DNA of 64,000 nucleotides from Pocillopora verrucosa (Eukaryota): NCBI RefSeq assembly GCF_036669915.1, contig NC_089313.1, positions 5,113,331 to 5,177,330 of the forward strand, read 5' to 3'. Shown piece by piece: positions 62,201 to 64,000 of this stretch (position 1 is its first letter; each line of letters starts with the position of its first letter). The notes under the pieces were generated by a model. It saw only the letters and a program-made list of their open reading frames with translations, ran no database searches and was not told where the DNA came from. The position numbers and the translations under genes were made by a program.

Positions 62201-64000
62201 TCACCATAGAAATAACTTTTCAAGGAAGCCTGATGAAATGCTAGGGGAGGGGGGGGGGAAACCTTACAAAGGGATGGCATCCCATGGGGGGGGGGGAACA
62301 CTCCTAGTTGCTTCAAGCCATGGAAACTAGGATAGGCTCTGTCTGGATGGACCATTTAGCTCAAGAACAGACTTCACCATTTTACTTTCACATAACTTGT
62401 TGCAAAAGATTGTCACAGTCACATACCTTGGAGACAGTGTCAAATGCTTGCACCAAGCTTTGATGCTCTTGTTGTAGTGCTGAGTACTTTTCAGTTAGTT
62501 CTTGTTGCTTTTTCTGTGCATCTTCTTGAGCACCCTTGACAAGACCCTTCTCAGCATTCAAAGATTCCAGCTGCAGCTGTAATGCTGCAAGTTGATCTTG
62601 TGATGCCTTGTAATCAGTCTGAAGCTTATTATATTGCTCCTATATATTCAATTGACAATCAGCAATCAGTGAGTTATAAAGAATATCATGACTTTACTAA
62701 TCTTGCTTTGCTGATGATCTTGCAATAACCAAGACCCTGGTCACATGTGATTCAAATAAATGGTCCAGCTAACCAAAACTTTGTACCTCAGTTATTGGAG
62801 CATTGACAGCAAAACGTCGGTTGGCTAGTGCTCACCCTCTCACAGGGAACCCAAGCTTTTTACTTGTCCCACACATCTCACAATAGTTCAACTTAACCCT
62901 TCAACTCCCATGGGTGACCGAGACATAATTTCTCCTTACAATATCAATACAATATCAAGCAGACAGGTGACGAGAATAAAGAAAATATCAACTAAGGGAT
63001 TCTTAATTAATTCAATACCAAATTCTCCAAACTAAGATCATTAGAATTGTACCGCAGACAGTACGGAGAATTACTAGTGAGATCTTGGGAGAGAAAAAGT
63101 TGGTGTTTTAAAATGCAAATTTTACTTTCATTTCAAAAATAAAATAGAAAGTTAGGGAAATTGACAGTTCAGCATTTAATATGCCTAGATTGAGCTGAGC
63201 AAGATGCTGTATGAACAGATATTTGCGACATCCAAATTGGTTTACCTTTACTCCAGACAATTCTGTATTCTCCTTTAGAGTCTCCTGCTGTAAAGTTTTC
63301 AACTTGTTCAGCTCTTGAGTAAGCGAGGTTATCTCTTTAATTTTTTGTTTCATTTGCTCCTCCACAGCTGAATACTCAGTATCCTTGGCTTGCATAAGAT
63401 CCTGAAACACAATGAAACAAGGAACTTAGACTCAGATAATGTCAAAACTGCAGCTTAAGAAAACACAAGGCACTAAAACAACTCCAAGGATCTATTAAAA
63501 ATAAACACCTACCTGCAATTTGGCCTGATGTGCATTTTGCATATCTTCGGTATTTTTTAAGTTTTGCTCAAGCTCAGATTTCTATGAGGAGATGGAAACA
63601 AATTGTGAATTCTGATGTGCAAATGTACTAATTAAATATTCAATTCATCTGAAGAGGATATAATCTGGTTTCCCTGACCAGCAATGAAAATGCTAAAGAA
63701 AATAAAACTATCACAACTTCACCATAACTTACCAGGTTTTGTACCATTTTATCTGTAGCTAAGGTCTGATCTTGGTGGGATTTCTTTATCTCCAGCACAT
63801 TTTTATCATGTTGCTCCTGATTGAAGATAAATCAAATTCAAAGACAAAAAATTAACCTTGAGTTCCCTACTTTATCTACTTTTTCACAATTTACTCATTT
63901 ATCTTAGCACAGCGTCTGATCTAAGTTTTTTCCCACAAACTATAAATGGGCAGATGTCAGAGCTGGCTAAGCCAGCTGATATTTCTAATTTGAACTGAGA
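56250..64000 (-). CDS. CLIP1: 3' portion of a CLIP1/restin-like gene; coiled-coil exons upstream of the zinc-knuckle exon; the gene continues beyond the window
   Basis: Minus-strand ORF fragments are heptad-rich and E/K/Q/L-rich: 63108-63410 (MQAKDTEYSAVEEQMKQKIKEITSLTQELNKLKTLQQETLKENTEL) and 58421-58654 (KLRETEDLLEAVQTEKGNSEAQV). Similar segments lie at about 59520-59650, 60420-60540, 61090-61200, 61960-62100 and 62400-62640. A candidate terminal exon near 56258-56297 reads (V)FGHWTRDCDDEE. Exon boundaries were not resolved. Confidence 0.5.
56876..57060 (-). CDS. CLIP1: CLIP1/CLIP-170-like exon with C-terminal zinc knuckles
   Basis: …SDDDEPVRPGIRQRLFCDICDVFDQHDTDDCPLQSSDAPDNLGTQHHGNRNEERPYCDICE + g, compared with the human CLIP1 C-terminus …RLFCDICGCFDLHDTEDCP…HHGSRGEERPYCEICE. 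Acceptor gtgtag, donor gtagga. Confidence 0.75.
61427..61570. repeat. Long perfect inverted repeat (about 58-bp arms, about 30-bp loop) next to a family-2 MITE
   Basis: ttggatcaatatcagtatctgggcaaatgcccacctacccctcccctaacccaaca … tgttgggttaggggaggggtaggtgggcagttgcccagatactgatattgatccaaa. Confidence 0.8.

Noticed and set aside
1-64000. Prokaryotic or phage interpretation, such as operons or defence islands
   Set aside because: The long ORFs are almost all repeat artefacts. The real genes (CCT6, HBS1L, CLIP1-like, ankyrin) are split into many short GT-AG exons, their encoded proteins match human sequences as I recall them, and ORF density is very low. This is clearly a eukaryotic nuclear genome.

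Overview
This is eukaryotic (metazoan, probably a marine invertebrate) genomic DNA: AT-rich, with intron-rich genes and many MITE-like elements, and no prokaryotic operon structure. Everything below rests on my own conceptual translation and eye-alignment to remembered human/yeast orthologues; no database search was possible.

Genes found:
- A CCT6/TCP-1-zeta chaperonin gene on the minus strand, about 19 exons, CDS 13633 down to 2154.
- An HBS1L-like translational GTPase gene on the minus strand. It starts at 51559 (Met), has an N-terminal UBA-like exon, G-domain exons at 43462 down to 38811, and a further exon at 34450-34540.
- A 1.75-kb stop-terminated Ser/Leu-rich exon (47184-48934) in the right position and splice phase to be the SKI7-like alternative terminal exon of HBS1L.
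- A 3-exon ankyrin-repeat gene on the plus strand (36535-38363) nested in the HBS1L intron.
- The 3' part of a CLIP1/CLIP-170-like gene on the minus strand (~56.25-64 kb), with coiled-coil exons and the C-terminal zinc-knuckle exon.

Most unusual structure: a roughly 12.7-kb tandem segmental duplication, unit A ~13980-26200 and unit B ~26650-33900. Each unit carries a small ~120-aa ORF whose C-terminal half looks like a DUF4258-type domain. Each ORF is followed within ~100 bp by a 27-bp-unit minisatellite: ~5.2 kb with a 351-bp higher-order repeat in unit A, and ~1.35 kb with a diverged unit consensus in unit B. Each cassette is flanked by ~200-bp direct repeats. Each unit also holds a copy of the HBS1L C-terminal exon, intact in B and frameshifted in A.

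Unresolved points: several exon junctions (CCT6 exons 13/14, the HBS1L G1-exon donor, the HBS1L domain-III exons and the true 3' end) could not be settled from sequence alone.
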